A stretch of 64,000 nt of DNA from the human T2T-CHM13v2.0 reference genome, Homo sapiens. The notes beneath the pieces were generated by a model, which was not told the DNA's origin, ran no database searches, and was given only the letters and a program-made list of their open reading frames with translations. Shown piece by piece: positions 1-18,946 of the stretch (positions are counted from its first letter, which is position 1; each line of letters opens with the position of its first letter). The stretch lies in NCBI RefSeq assembly GCF_009914755.1, contig NC_060946.1; one strand, given 5' to 3'. The position numbers and the translations under genes are program-made.

Positions 1-139
<139 letters not shown>

Positions 140-879
140 TGACACTGTTCTGTGATTTGATCTCAACCCCAGTGAAAACTGTTCATGTAGTTTATAGCCC
201 CCACTCCCGGCAGTTACAGGCTGCCAAGCCCTCCCTGCATGGCTCCCCCTGCCTCACGCCATGGCTTCCACCCCAAGCACTCTAGCCTCACAGCCCCGGA
301 GCTCTGATGACCATCGTGGCCACTCGCTCCTGCTGTCCACTACCAGGAGGCCACAGTCTGGAGCACTTCAGCACCTGGCCTCCCTTCCTCAGAGACAGGA
401 ATCCCCCAGTCTGGTCCCTAAACACACTGACTCACCTCCCTGCCCACCCTCAGCTTCCTCCCACGAGACCAGCCCTCTGACTTCATGGTCTTGGCTTCCA
501 GCGTCCCTGTGGCTCTCCTTCTTCTCCTGTCCCGCCAGGAAGCTGGGTGGCCTCAAGCCTCTGCTTGCAAACAGTCTCCCCGCCCCCTGGCCTCCTGGTC
601 CTTCCTCCCCAGCTGGATCCTAACGCGCACCTTGGACAGCGCCAAGCCCTTAGCTGCTCAGCACCTGCCCCGCAGGAGGAAACCCCATCACGAATGGGTT
701 ACACGGGGGTGGTCTCAGCGGCGCCCTTCGTGCCCTGCAAGTTAGAGACAGGGACAATTGTCTCCCTTCCCCAAGCCTCAGGGACCCTTCCCCAAGCTCC
801 AACCCCATCTCCAGTTTGTTTTTTCTGTCTCTGTTTCTGTCTCTCTCTGTCTCAGCATATGACCCCGCTCCTTCTCATC

Positions 880-1600
880 CAGCCCCACCAAGGAACTTGA
901 AGCTCCCCCTAGGAGTCTTGCCTACTCTAAGCCAGCCTCCCCTCTCAGGCTCCATCATTTTCCCTCCTCTCTCTTTTGGGGCTCTCTCCTGACAATCTAC
1001 CCCTCCTTTTCCTTGTATATTCATCTTCCTCTTGATATACCAACTCCCTCTGCTAAGCGTCTCCACAGCCTCAACCCTCTTCTGTCTTTAAACAATCCTG
1101 AGCCATGAAACAGCATTCTTACAAGCCTCCCTGAGCCTCCGTGCCCCCAGGGCCCCCAAAGTTCTCTTTCTTCTTCCTTTGGCATCAAATTCACGCACTG
1201 TCTCACCTTGGCATGGCCATCCTCTCCTTAACTCCTCAGCTTGGTTTAGCTCTGACTACTCCACTGAAATTCCTCTCGGTGAGGTGGGCCATGACCCATC
1301 AATTCTGGCTTCCATGGCCAGTGCCAAGCCTCATCTTCACACCCCCACTCCTTCCTCTGTTAAGCTTTCTCCAACCTCCTGAGGCACCAGTGTCTCCCAA
1401 TCCCCTTCCTAGCTTACTAGAGACTCCTTCAGCTTCTCTGTTACAGAATCAACCTTCTCTGCTGCTCCTTGGAAGGTGGGGATCCTCTGAGCAGACATCC
1501 TCTCTCCCCTGCCTTGTCTTCTCATTCCAAACACTCACCCTGGCAAACTGACCCATGTCTGGGACTTAATTGTCACGTTTTTGCTCCTAACTCCCAATGT
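880..1600. mobile_element. Degenerate L2 LINE fragment(s)
   Basis: Pyrimidine-rich, L2-like degenerate sequence; recognised by eye only. Confidence 0.45.
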
Positions 1601-1873
1601 CTAGCTCTAGCCCAGACCCTCCTACCGCCGCCGCCATCACCTCTGTCCATCTCCTGGACACCAGGAGCCAGGCAGGTTTCAGACTTGCTTCCTCGTAGGG
1701 GTTCTCTTGGTGAATGGTTCCACCAGTGCGCCCACATGAAGGCACCTGGAGGGGACATTTGTCTCTTGGTAGCCCGTCATATTTCCTTTTCCTCCAGAAC
1801 ATCTGCCTTGAGCTTGAGGAATTGTTCATTCATCCACTTAACAAATGCTCATTCATCTGGGCATGATTCTAGA

Positions 1874-2050
1874 CCCATGGTTCTTAACTTTGGTGGTATG
1901 TGGACGTGCCTTGAGAGATGGAAAGAATCCTGGTTCCTGAGTCCTGCCCCCGGAGATTCTGATTTAATTGCTCTGGGGCAAGTGCTACACAGTGAGATAT
2001 TTACAAGCTCCTTGGGTAGCTTGAATGTGCAGCCGGTGTTGCCACTGTCC
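1874..2050. mobile_element. MER5A-like hAT-Charlie DNA transposon
   Basis: ggttcttaac... gagattctgatttaattg...ctggg ...atgtgcagcc motifs typical of MER5A. Confidence 0.7.
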
Positions 2051-2113
2051 TGGGTGATGGGGGTACAGCTGTGAGCCAAGCAGGTGAAAATCCTGCTCTC
2101 TTAGAACTAAGAG

Positions 2114-2115
<2 letters not shown>

Positions 2116-2152
<37 letters not shown>
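2116..2152 (+). repeat. (GT)n microsatellite
   Basis: ~18 uninterrupted GT units. Confidence 0.95.
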
Positions 2153-2155
<3 letters not shown>

Positions 2156-2222
2156 TTGGATGAACAGGCAGTAAATAAAAAAGTAAGACAAGAAAAATAT
2201 CAGCTGGTGATAGCACAACTGA

Positions 2223-2657
<435 letters not shown>

Positions 2658-4079
2658 TAGGAGCAGGAGCAATGGAGAAGGTAAAAGAGCCACACTAGGA
2701 ATTGACAAGTCTTCATTTAATGCTCCAAGCCCCACAGGTGAATGTCTATGCCAGGAGTTAAAATACAAAGGTGAATTCCATCCAGTGTCTGCCCCCAAGG
2801 TACCCACTGTCCCATGGGAATGCCAACAGGTGGATCATAAGATCACACGGAGACATATGTGTGCCTCCATCATGGGGGTGTGGCCAAGCAGGCCGCAGGT
2901 TGCTCATATAGCATCTTTGTGCAAACTAGAGTAGGCCTCCTCTGGGACAACTCACTCCCTTACGTGAACATGGGCTGGATTTTAGCTACACTCATGGGTC
3001 TTGGCTGGGGGCCCTTGTGTATTCTCCGACTTGCAAACTCTGCATCTCTATGAGATGGGAGCGTAGAGGAAGGAGCATCTTAAAGGCAGAGGCCAAGGTG
3101 GTCAGGAAAGGACTTCCACCAGCCACAGCCATCCAGGAAAGGGGCAGTGTTCCTCATGAGGTGGCAGTGAGTGCACCGTCGCTAGAGACCTGATAGTGAC
3201 CTCAGGAAGCTGGCAAGCGAAGCCCTCCTCCCAGCCCAGCGGCATCCTCACAGCTGGAGAGCGCTGGGCTAGGATCCTTTAGTCTTGACTCTGACACTGA
3301 CTGGCTGGGTGATTTGGGGTGAGTTGCCCATCCTCTCTAGGCCTTGGTTTTCACACTTGTGAAATGGGGCAGTGCCCTCTAGTATCACAGGAGTGAAGTT
3401 GGGATCTGTCGAGAACAGGATGAGAAAGTGCTTTGTAAACTGTGAACCTGCTTCCAGAATGTGAGAGATCTTGACTCCTGATGGAGGGAAGGAGCAGATG
3501 GAGGGCAGAGGAGGTGGGAGGAAGGAGGAGAGAGCAGGTAGCTGCAGGAATCCTGGGCTCTGAGCAGGGAAGAGGGAGGGAGGGGAGCTGGGTGGGCTCC
3601 AGCTGCTCCTTCAGGGTGGCTGAGGCTCCACCCTTCTCCCCCTGGGCTAGAATAGGGGAGTGGGCTGTGAAGGGAGGGAGGGAGGGAAGGAGGAAGAGAA
3701 GGCAGGAGGCGAGGCTGGGGAACTGGGGCTCCTCATTCCACACCTGGTCTTAGCAACCAGCAGCCCAGAGGATCCATCTCTGCCTCTTTGTGTCCAATTG
3801 GGTTCCTGGAAGCCAGAGATCATTCAGGGCAGGAATCTCTGCCATGGCCACCCCATCCTGTGCTTGCATACCCTCAGAGATGGGGAGCTCACTACCACTC
3901 CGCCCTGACCCAGGCTGCCTGTCCCATTGTTGGGCAGCTATGAGAAAAGCCCAACTCTCTGTAAGTCCTACCCACTGGTCTCACCCCGCCCTCATGAAGA
4001 ATGTGAATCACATGATAATGACAACTGCCTGGAACTGCGTGAAGACCTTTGACTGGCAACCAGGAGACTCTTGATACAC

Positions 4080-4460
4080 GTTTATTGATAAATGAATAAT
4101 CTTATTTAATCCCCTCAATAACTTGTGAGTTAAGTGTGACAGAGCAGTTAGGTAGGTGGGATGAGATTTGAATTCACATCTCTGTGACTCCAGGGTTTGA
4201 GCTCTTACCCACTGTGCCTCGTTGTAATGAAAATCACAGTAACAATGATGACATCTAACTTTGATGGGCACCTGGTATATGCCTGGTGTTGTTCTAAGGA
4301 TTCTGCATGTATTTACTCATTTAATTCTCACACAATCCCACGAGGGAGAGGCTATTATTGTCCCCATTTTATTAATGACCATCTGGAGCCAGGTTTGCCC
4401 AAAGCCACCCAGCTGGTGACAGGCAGAGCTGGGATTCGATCCCAGGAGCCCCTGGCTCCT
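4080..4460. mobile_element. MIR SINE fragments
   Basis: tcatttaattctcacacaa..., ccccattttt..., ttgcccaaagccacccagct, cagagctgggattcga. Confidence 0.65.
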
Positions 4461-5168
4461 TAAACACCTCCCAGGCTGTCCCCATATGACAGCCTTTTCC
4501 GGGCTCTGCATCCCCAGTTCCTCTCGGACAAAGTTCCCCGACCCCACCTCATCCTGCTGCCCCCATGGGATCCTCTGCAGGGCTCTGGGTGCCTCTGGAG
4601 CCTCAGCACCCAAAGCCAACCCTCAGTGTCCCCAGACCTGTGCGCTTGGAGTTTGGTGAGATGACCCCGCCAGGCTCTGGGTGCTCGCGTCCTCACAGCT
4701 TCAAAGTCTTTGCATCGTGGTGGGTGTAACCAGCTTGGATGAAACAAGGACACTAGGGCTCAAGTCCGGGCCCTGTCACTTAGCTCGGCTCCTCTGGGCC
4801 AGGTACTTTCCCTCTCCAAGCATCAGTTTCCTCAACTATGATATGAGATAAAGTATCAGGAAGCATTTTGTAGGCTATAATGCCACCAACTGTTGTTAAT
4901 TTGGGTTATTTTGGGAGCCCCCCACCCCCGCCAACTGTTGTCTCACCTTAAGCTTTGGGTAGCCTTTAGTGGCAGATGGCTCTGGGTGCTCCAGCTCTGT
5001 CCCTTGCTAGGCTTTGTGGCCTTGAGCATATCCCTTCACCTCTCTGATCCTAACTCAAGGGATGTCATGAGATGGAGCAAGGGCGCGCATGTGATACCCA
5101 CCTGGTAAAGTCACCGCCGGGTCATGTTAGTTGTCATCACCATTACTGCTGTTTCTGGAGAACTTTAA

Positions 5169-5552
<384 letters not shown>

Positions 5553-6660
5553 TAAGTGACCAGCCCCTGGGCTTCCACATGGCCAGAGCCCTGGGTCCCT
5601 GCTGGAAAAGCATCTCTTTTCCCTGAAAGGAGAGAAGGAAAATACAGATCAGCCATATCCCTGGACACTCCAGGATGATTTGATTTATTAGATGGGTTTA
5701 GAAAGTCATGTTCAGGCTTGGAGGGACAGAGGGTGTGTGCCTTTCAATGTGATAATAAGGATTGGAAGACGAGGACTGGGATATTGACTCCAGAGAGTTT
5801 GGTGCCACAGCAACTACTGGGGATAGCCCAGAAGCTCTGGGTGCCTGGAAAGAATTGGGGGCAGAGAGGAGGGAAAAGCTGCCCCATCCACAAACATTCT
5901 CTGAGCATCTCTGGGAATGCCTTCTCCCTGGTGTGTTGGAGCTCCGTGGGGCCAGCTATGGCTCTAGTTGTATCATGCTGGCCTCCAGAGCACACTGTTC
6001 CTCCCTTATTCCAAAAAGCCCATCCTTCCCACCAAAAATTCAAGCCACTCGTAGACTGCTGGGCTTCCAAAGCCCAGGTTGCTGCTACTAAGAATTCTGG
6101 GAAAAGCAGGACGGAGCTCCTGAGCTCCCCACCAGCTCCTCCCTCTGCTTCCTCCCACCAATGTCTCCAAGGGTCCTCTCCATGCCTGGCATCTCCCCTG
6201 TGCACACAGGCAGGTGTGTCTTAATTCCAGCTGTGCCATGTGGCAGCCGCAGGCCCCAGAGCAAGGCACTTCACCTCTCCAACCTTCAGTTTCCCTCAGC
6301 TGAAAAATTAGAAACAGTCACATTTACATCAGAGCTTGGTTGTAGGGAGCAGAGGAACAAACACATCTGAACACTTTGGCAAGTGAAAGGCACCGAATGA
6401 GCGTGTATCCCCTTCCCCACCTGCTTTCTGAGCCTGGCTTCCTGGTCCATAAAGAAGGGAGAACAATCCCACCTCCAAAGAGGTTGTGAGGATTTGGGGA
6501 CAAGTGTGCCCGCCCAGAGGAGCAATTGCAGCCACATTTCAGCATCTTCTGTCTCCTCTGCCTTCCCTGCTCCTTGCAAGGGGCTCCTCTGGACACAGGA
6601 GCAGGAAGCTGGGCCCTGAGAGAATCACAGGGCTAACAAGCCCCTCTTCTCTCTCCACAG

Positions 6661-6718
6661 CAAGAGCGTGTCCCCACAGGGCAACAGCGTTGACCGCATG
6701 GCAGCTCCGAGAGCAGAG
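6661..6718 (+). CDS. NCF4: NCF4 exon 6
   Basis: ctctccacag|; KSVSPQGNSVDRMAAPRAE; donor GAG|GTAACC; 58 bp. Confidence 0.97.
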
Positions 6719-7284
6719 GTAACCCCCGCCCCCGCGCTGGCCAGGCTCTCACACTGTGGGCATCTGCCTTGGCCCACCTGCCAGCCACTGGGCCTCTCCT
6801 GCTGGGTGCTGCTGTGTGCCTGGGACAGTGCTGGGCACCAGGAGGAAGGAAGGGGTTACAGCCTCAGCCTCTGCCACTGGGGGTCCCCCGAGCCCAGCTA
6901 AGGGGAGGGAATGTGACCAGCGTGCGGAGCCAGAGGAGAATGCTTCCATCCCTACGCTCATCCGGACAGTTTACCTGGGCCTCCTCTGAGTCAGCCCTGC
7001 CTTAGGCATGGAAGCTGCAGAGATGACTCAGACAAGGCCCAGCCCGCGATGAAGCCTGGGGACCAGGGTGGGTGCTCAGCCCAGAGAGTTCGAACCCTTC
7101 CCTGTGTGCTCACCCCCACCAGGTTTGGAAGGAGCACCCATCCTGGAGTCAGGGAGACCTGGGTTCAATTCCCAGCTCCTCCACTAAAAAATGGGGTGGC
7201 CTCAGAGAAGTCGCTTATTCTCCTCAAGCCTCAGTTTCTACATCTGTAAAATGGGAGACTAAAGTATGTAAGGCACTTCTATAG

Positions 7285-8399
<1,115 letters not shown>

Positions 8400-8647
8400 C
8401 TTCAGGCATTGTATGCTTCAGAGACCGAGGATGGTCTCAGAAGGCCTCAGGGAAGAGATGCTATCTGAGGATAGTCCTGGAGATCCAGGCAGGTTGGGGA
8501 GCCTGCGGGAACAAAGCCTTTGGGGAGGCAGGTGTTCGGTGGCAGCAGAACATTCTTGGAGCTCATGCTTTGGTTCTGACCCTGAAAAATGGGTTGCTTA
8601 GGGCAAGTAAGTTAACCTACTGAGTTTAGTTTCTTGGTCTGTAATGG

Positions 8648-8830
8648 GTGTCTCAGCAGGGGCACTATTGACATTGGGGCCAGATGGTCCCTTGTGGGGT
8701 TGTCCTGAGCATTGCAGGCTGTTCAGCAATATCCCTGGCCTCTCCACTAGATGCCAGCAGCACTGCTAAATTGCACCAATCACATGGCTCTCCAGATATT
8801 TGCTCCTGAGGGGTGAAATCGCACACTTGT
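8648..8830. mobile_element. MER20-like hAT DNA transposon
   Basis: ggcactattgacattggggccagat ... atccctggcctctccactagatgccag. Confidence 0.75.
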
Positions 8831-9974
8831 GTAATATGGGACAACAGTACATACCTTGCCCGCAGCAGTAAAAGCTGCTGATGAAGAGTGTGAACTCAGA
8901 GTCAGCCTGTTTGGGCCATTTCCTAGCTCTGTTTTTCACTAGCTTTGTGGACCTTTGGAAACTTGCTCAAACTTGCGGTTTCCTTTTCTGTAAATGTTTC
9001 TTCATCGGCTTCCTGGAAAGGGTAAAGGAGGTGGTAGATGGTCAGGGCTCGCCCCAGAGCCTGGATGTGCGGCGCCTGGCCAGGTACTAGGGTCATTAGG
9101 AGACTTAAATGAAACTTCAAAGCCAGGGACTTTCCCAGTCACTGCTTTGTCCCTGTGTGGCCCACAGAAGGGCTGTGTTCTGACTCAGTGAGTGGAGGTG
9201 GGAAGTGGCTGTGTTGGGCCTTGGCCTGGGACCAGCCTTTTGTATTAGGTCCTGTCTTCAGACTTAGTGCTCCTGTGGGGAGTGTTGAAGGAGGTTCTGG
9301 GACAGGCCCAGAGGCAGGGTCAGCCCCCAGGGGTCCCAGGACCTTTAAGAGTTGGGTTGGGTCCCTAGCGTCCAGGCCCTGGAGAGGAGCTAGTAGTGAC
9401 CACTGGTTTAGCCAGTTTGGCAGTTTCCATTTTACCCTAATCATAGATCTCCATCTCAGGAACTCAGGGCTCTTACAGAGGCCTGAGGAGTATCTCTGGG
9501 CCACTTTCCAGAAATAGAAAACATGTATTGCCTTCCTGTTTTCCGGAAAGTCCTACTTATCAGTATGCTGGCTAACTTCTGGCCTCAGGTTGAAGGTGGG
9601 GGCAGAGGGGCAGGGAGGGGACCACTTTGAGCCTTGGTTAATATGTTTGTAAAATGGCATGTAAATAATCCATGTTCCATAGGGTCGTTGTGAAGATGAA
9701 CAGAACACGTGCCCAAAGCCCAGGCCATGGCCGGGTCTGGGTCTGATTTCTGGCTACTTGGTCTAGAGTAGAGGCACAGTTGTATCTGATGAATGAATGA
9801 GTGAGTGAGCGGGATCAGCAGCAGGCCCTTCCTCACCCCTCATCCTCTTCCTCCCCTGTTCTATTTTCCTCTGTAACACCTGCTGCCATCTGACTCACTG
9901 GATAGGTCATTGTTCACAGCGCGCACAGCCTGTCATTCCCCATCATACTGGAAACTCCGTGGGGGCAAGGACTT

Positions 9975-10307
<333 letters not shown>

Positions 10308-10533
10308 TGAGAGCCCAGAGCCTGTCACGTGGCTGGTTCTCAAGAAGACTTTGTTGAATGAATAAGTGAATGAGTGAGATAAAAGCAGCTTTCTATATAA
10401 ATCCAGATTCTGGCATATTGTAAAACCCAAATATAAGCCTTCTTAGAAGTGACCAGCTCAGCGAACTTCCTCGCTTTCCCTCCTCCCTCTACAGAAGAAG
10501 ACCCGGACCTCATCTGCCTTTCCCCATCACTAG

Positions 10534-11053
<520 letters not shown>

Positions 11054-12036
11054 GTGAGGGGCTGGGAATGGGGCTGGGGAGTTAGATACTCTGGAGAAGA
11101 GAGCGCAGGGAGAAATGTTAAGCACTAGTATTAAGGTGCTGGGGTTTTGCGTGTACTTTGTCTTCTCTTTTTATCCGCAGCCCAGCCCTGCAGGTTAGGC
11201 AGCATCTCCCCACTTTAGAGATGAGCGGGGAAGCTGCAGAGAGGTTAGGGGAACTGGTTGAGCTCACGCAGGTTGTGGGTTTAGATCCGGATCTGCAGCT
11301 GGAGCTAAAGTCTCTCTGGCTAAAAGCCTTGGACTTGAACCATCCACTCTCAGGGACTCACTACCCCCCCAGGTCCAGGACATTGCTGGACAGTTATTTT
11401 ACAGAATGGTAACCGCATTGCTACATTTCTGACTATAAAACTTGTACCAACTCATTATATATTAAAAAAGAAATGTCAGTAACCATGTCAGAAAGATACA
11501 AAGAAGTGAAATCACCTCATATTTTTACTCCCCTCGTTATGTGACGTACACTCAGATTTCTTCAGTACTTACACCCCACACACACATGCACACACAAAAG
11601 TCACTTTGGCTGCACAAAACCTTTCAGTGGCTACATCATTAACATGGCCATGCGCTTTTGCTGGCCTCTTAGGATTTCTTCTGCTTTTTTACTACTCTAA
11701 ACAACATTGTACAGACCATCTTAGTTAACCTATTTGATGACTTATCTGATCATTTCCTTTGAATGATTTTCAAGAAGTGGATTTGGGGATTAAAGCATTT
11801 GCAAGTCTCATAGGCTTCTGGCCCACACTGTGAAATTACTGGTAGAAAGCTCAGATCAATTTCTACGTACACCAGCCAAGTAGAAGGATGCGCATCTTCC
11901 CGCACCCAGGCCAGACAGTTCCTGTCCTTACAAGGTTCTCCTCAATAGCCTCACACAGGTGTCTCTCTGAGGCTTTATACAGCCCCACTCTGTGCCCAGT
12001 CAAACCCACTCTTCTTCACAACTCTTAATCCTTTAG

Positions 12037-12395
<359 letters not shown>

Positions 12396-12586
12396 TCTTC
12401 TCCCTTTTAGGCCTCGATATCCCCATCTGTACAATGGGAGGTTAGATTACTTGGATGACACGGGCTTGTATCAGGCTCTGACTTTTTCTTACTCCTGGCT
12501 TCAGGACATAAAACCCTTTTCACCCCCTCTCCCTACCCCTACCTTACGCTTAGGCCCTTTGATTATCCCTGACTTTTCCCATGCAG

Positions 12587-12782
12587 GCGGGAGTTCCAGA
12601 GAGAGGACATAGCTCTGAATTACCGGGACGCTGAGGGGGATCTGGTTCGGCTGCTGTCGGATGAGGACGTAGCGCTCATGGTGCGGCAGGCTCGTGGCCT
12701 CCCCTCCCAGAAGCGCCTCTTCCCCTGGAAGCTGCACATCACGCAGAAGGACAACTACAGGGTCTACAACACGATGCCATGA
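12587..12782 (+). CDS. NCF4: NCF4 exon 10 coding part (PB1 domain with acidic OPCA motif), stop TGA
   Basis: ttttcccatgcag|; [64 protein letters not shown]; 196 bp, total consistent with 339-aa p40phox. Confidence 0.97.
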
Positions 12783-12949
12783 GCTGACGGTGTCCCTGGA
12801 GCAGTGAGGGGACACCAGCAAAAACCTTCAGCTCTCAGAGGAGATTGGGACCAGGAAAACCTGGGAGGATGGGCAGACTTCCTGTCTTTGAGGCTAATGG
12901 ACCCGTGGGGCTTGTAATCTGTCTCTTTCTACTATTTACATCTGATTTA

Positions 12950-12955
12950 AATAAA
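12950..12955 (+). terminator. NCF4: NCF4 polyadenylation signal
   Basis: AATAAA 167 nt after the stop, U-rich upstream, GU-rich (gagtgtcttt) downstream. Confidence 0.85.
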
Positions 12956-13889
12956 CCATTCCATCTGAAAGGGGCAGGCTGCGGGAAAGAGTGTCTTTCA
13001 TGGGGAGTAAAATACCATTTAATGAGCATCCACAGGGCGTCATTTATATCTGGCAGGGGCCCTGGCTCTGAGACCCCTGTCCTGCCACCCCATTTCCTTG
13101 CTCTGTCCCTGTGTTGGGGGGAAACCCGAGGGTCCCCAAGCCATACCCTTTCTCCCTCCCACTGCTCCCCTTTTCCTGGGATTGGCCACCTGCCCCACAG
13201 AAGTGATCTGCTCTGGGTGCCCTCTGGGGTTCCACCAATGCCAAGTCCTCGGCTGTGTGATGAGGGTCAGAAGCTCTCCTCTGCCTTCCTGTCTCTGCTG
13301 CTCTGTGGAGCAGGAAGGCAGGTCTCGGGGTTGGTTGTCTCCACTGTAAGTAGACACAGGGGGAGGACTCTAGTCTCATCCAGGAGGAGGGGGACACAAA
13401 GCAACGGGATCTCCTTCTCTGAGCTGAATCTCCTTCTATCCTAATCTACCAAAAATTAAACAGGTGTGACTCCCACAATGGTGGTGTGAGGAGCTTGGTG
13501 GACCCTCTCCCCAGGGAAACAGCAGTTTAACTGATGAGAAATACTTAAAATCAACTGTTTAAAGTCTCTGGAAATTGTTCTAAGGGCACAGAGCACATGG
13601 AGAGACAGTCGTTCAAGTAGATCATTACGTCTCAGTAAGAACAGTGAGTCGGTGGCATTGGAGACACATCGTGTTCCCGTCCCCCCACCCCCAGCTCCAT
13701 GTGATGGAAATTCCACTCCAGATCCTCCACTCTGGATGGATGCAGCCAGGAAGATGGGCTCCCTCATCCCTCAGCTCCTAACCTTCCACAGTTTCACCCC
13801 AGGAGGAACAGGCTGCCAGAATCTCTTCTCTCTGCAGCCCTGTGTTGTAGAAGCACTATTCCAGGTCATTACAGCAGAGAGGACTGAGT

Positions 13890-14335
13890 TTCCTGCAGTT
13901 CCCATACAAAGTACCAGGAAATTGAGCTTAAGCAACAGAAATCGATTGTCTCACAGTTCTGAATGCTAGGTGTCCACAGGGCCATGCTCCCTGTGAAATA
14001 TGTAGGGAAATCCTTCCTTGCCTTTTCTTAGCTTCTGGTGGTTTGCCGGCAATGTTTGGTGCTCCTTAGCTTGTTGATGGATCACTCTGTCTTCACATGG
14101 CATTCTACCTGTGTGTATTTACAGTGTCTTCCCTCTGTGCATGTCTGTCTCTGCATCCAAATTCCCCCTTGTATAAGGACACAAGTCATATTGGACTAGG
14201 GCCCATCCTAGTGATCTTCTTTTACCTTGATTACCTCTATAAACCTCCTCTTTCCAAATAAGGTCACATTCTGGAGTACTAGGGGTTAGGACTTCAACAT
14301 GTCATTTTTAATTCCAACATAACACTTCAACCCAT
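13890..14335. mobile_element. MLT1-family (MaLR) LTR
   Basis: tataaggacacaagtcatattggactagggccc ... ttccaaataaggtcacattctg ... gttaggacttcaacat. Confidence 0.75.
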
Positions 14336-15526
14336 GACACTCCCTTTACCCACTCAGCTCCCCCTCCTAGGGCAAGGGCTCTGCAATAGGCGTAGCAGGC
14401 TAAGAATGCTGAACCTTAACCCTCTGGTAGAGCAGGGGTTCCATGCTGAGAGGGGCAATCTGAGATCAAGGGATACCGTCCTCCACTCCAGTGCCCACTC
14501 ACAGAACAGGACATCACTCCTGGAGAAGCAGGCTGATTTCCCCATCCCCAGCTCTGATGCAGTGGTGCAGAGGTTCTGCCCAGGGAGAGAGTCAGGCCTT
14601 AGGGATGGAGAATTCCACAGCTTTTCCTGAGGGGACTAACTTTATTTGGGAAGCATGCCGAAGAAGTTGGCAAAAATAATGGAAATCTTGGTGGCCGGCA
14701 ATTAAGGAGGGGCTAGATACTAATGCCATCAAGAGAAATGTAAGGCCAGAAATTTAACAGAGAACCAGATAAAGAAATAACGAAGAATAGTGGTTCTAGG
14801 ACTACAGTCATCCCTGAGGATTCAAAAGATTGTGCTCTCGTGCCAGGCTGCACCCACACAGCAGAAATCAGAGTGGAAAGTGTGGCAGACTTGAAATCAT
14901 TCCCTAAACCACATACAGATCCATCAGCAAAACACGCTAGCTCAAGAGGCTGAAGCATAACCTCTGACCAAGCAATGGCTGAACAATAAGCTAATCTGAC
15001 GCAGAGGGGATTCTTAGGAAGGCAGGCTTAAAAATAAAATTACACTCATTTCCTGGTGGTCTGGAAGACTGCGTGCACGCCCAGGCCGATCACTCTCAGG
15101 AGTGACTGGAGAAAGAAACGCTGGGCTATCAGTTTCTGACTGAACATGGGGCAAGTTTGAACCCTGAGCTGTAAAAGATGTCTTCAAACCACATTCACGG
15201 CAAAAAGTAAGGGGTGAAACCAATCTAATTGAGGGGGCTTCAGCACAACTTTTCACCAATAGGTGGTTTATGCAGACCCAGGTGCAACCTCTAGGAAACC
15301 AGGATAAGAGAGAAAAAAAAAAAAAAAAACACAAGAGGAAAAAATACGAGCGGGGGCATCATAAGCTACACATTGTAGGGGAAACGGCCCTCACAAAATT
15401 AGTTCAGTGAAGCCACTAAACAAGTAAACAGATAACAAACCAAATAACAAAAACATTAAGCCCTAGAGGGAATAGGAGAGCAGCATCTAGAGTTGCTTCA
15501 AAATATAATCTAAAATGTTCAGTTCC

Positions 15527-16399
<873 letters not shown>

Positions 16400-17235
16400 T
16401 AGCAAACAATGACTTTATATTAGGAATATGTTTAAATAACTAAAGGAAACCATGTTTAAAGAATTAAAAGAAAGTATTGTAACAATGACTCTTCAAATAG
16501 AGAATATCAATACAAAGACATAAATGATTTTTTAAAAGAGAACCAAATTGAAATTCTAGAGTTGAAAAGAACACTAACTGAAATGAAAAGTCCACTAGAA
16601 AGGCTCAGCAGTAGATTTGAGTTGGCAAAAGAATGTTAGCAGAGAAAGTATAAGCAAACTGAGAGATAGATCAATAGAGATGATGCAATCTTAAGAAAGA
16701 AATAAAGAAAAAGGAGTGAAGAAAAATGAGCAGAGCATCAGAGAAATGTGGGAACCATGAAGTGTACCAACATATGCATAATGAGATTACCAGAAAGAGA
16801 GGAGAGAAGGAGACAGAAAAAGGATGAAAAGAAATAATGATTGGAAACTTTCCAATTTTTATTTTTTAAAAAACCACCAATCTACATATCCAAAAAGCTC
16901 AACAAACTCCAAGTAGTAAAATACAAAGAAAGCCACACTTAAACACATCATAGTCAAAATGTTGAAAGCCAGACATAAAGAGAAAATCTTGAAAGCAGAA
17001 AGAGAAAAATGACTCACCGCATAAAAGGGAACTACATTAAGACTAACAGCTGATTTCCTGTCAACCAAGAATCTTACATAAAACAAATCTACCACTCAAA
17101 AATGAAGGTGAAATTAAAACATTCCAAAATAAGCAAAAACTGAGAATATTCATTGTTAAGCAGACTTGCCATTACAAAAAAATATTAAAGGAAGTTCACT
17201 CTAATGGCTTCATTTTAACTTGATTAGCTCTGTAA

Positions 17236-17559
<324 letters not shown>

Positions 17560-18487
17560 TAAGATCACTGCATTCTGAGATACTGGGGTTAGAAATTCAA
17601 CATATCTTTTGGGGGAGAATACAATTTGAACCACAACAGTACACTAGAAAATATCCATTTAAGAAAAATTTTAAAAGACCTTGCAAGGTGTGATCTCCCA
17701 AACCCAGTTATTTGGCTTCTAGTTTGTTGCCTGACCACATTCACCAAGAAAATTTTCTGCCACAAAACAACCAGACCTCAGCTAGGACACAGGCTTTGAG
17801 GAATTATGAGCCTCACAAGAAGCAAAGGAGTTCTCCAATGATTCTTCCACTCCCCACCAAAAAAACTATGATAGGAGCTGAAACCAGAATACAGAGCAGT
17901 TGGGGTGTTGTTTTCTGGAGTGCAGAGGCAGTCCAGAAGGCAGAGCCATGGGGAGGCCATGAGATAGGGAGGCTGCGCCAGGGGCTTCCGTGCCAGGCCA
18001 AGGCCCTAGATGTGAGAGCTGAGGTGATCTGGAGAGAGTGGCATTCCTGGCTTCAAGCAGAAGCGGAAGAGGGTCTCCTCTGGAGTAAAGTATTTCCAGT
18101 TTAGGCTGGCAGGAGTTACCCTGATTAATATCAAGCAAAAGGCTCATAGTCAAAGATCACCAAATCTCTGTGAGTGAGAATGAGCAGAGGCAATAAACAA
18201 TAGCTTTAGAGCCCCAGGGACTACCGATTACCGAATTATGTGACTGAAATATTTAAAGAAATAAAGAATGTAACCATAAAGATAAACAAGCAAAAAAGAA
18301 TGAGATGGCAAATTTTCAGATGTGTAAAAGAAAGAAGGTATGAACGCATCTATGTGTGTGCGTGTGTGTGTGTGTATACACACATATATATTATTCAATG
18401 GGTGAGTTGGTAAAAAGTCCAAATTTATCAATAATTCTGATACCATAAACATAGATGGATTCCATGCATGAGTTAAAAGACTGTCAG

Positions 18488-18784
<297 letters not shown>

Positions 18785-18946
18785 GACTGTCAGATTGAAT
18801 TTTTAAAAATCTAAATCTATGTAAGTGTCATATGTACAAGAGACACACATAAGGTAAAACGTCATGGAAACATTGAAATTTAAAAAAAAGTATGAAAAAA
18901 GATATTCCTGGAAACCACTAACCAGAAGACAGCTGGGACGTCTATA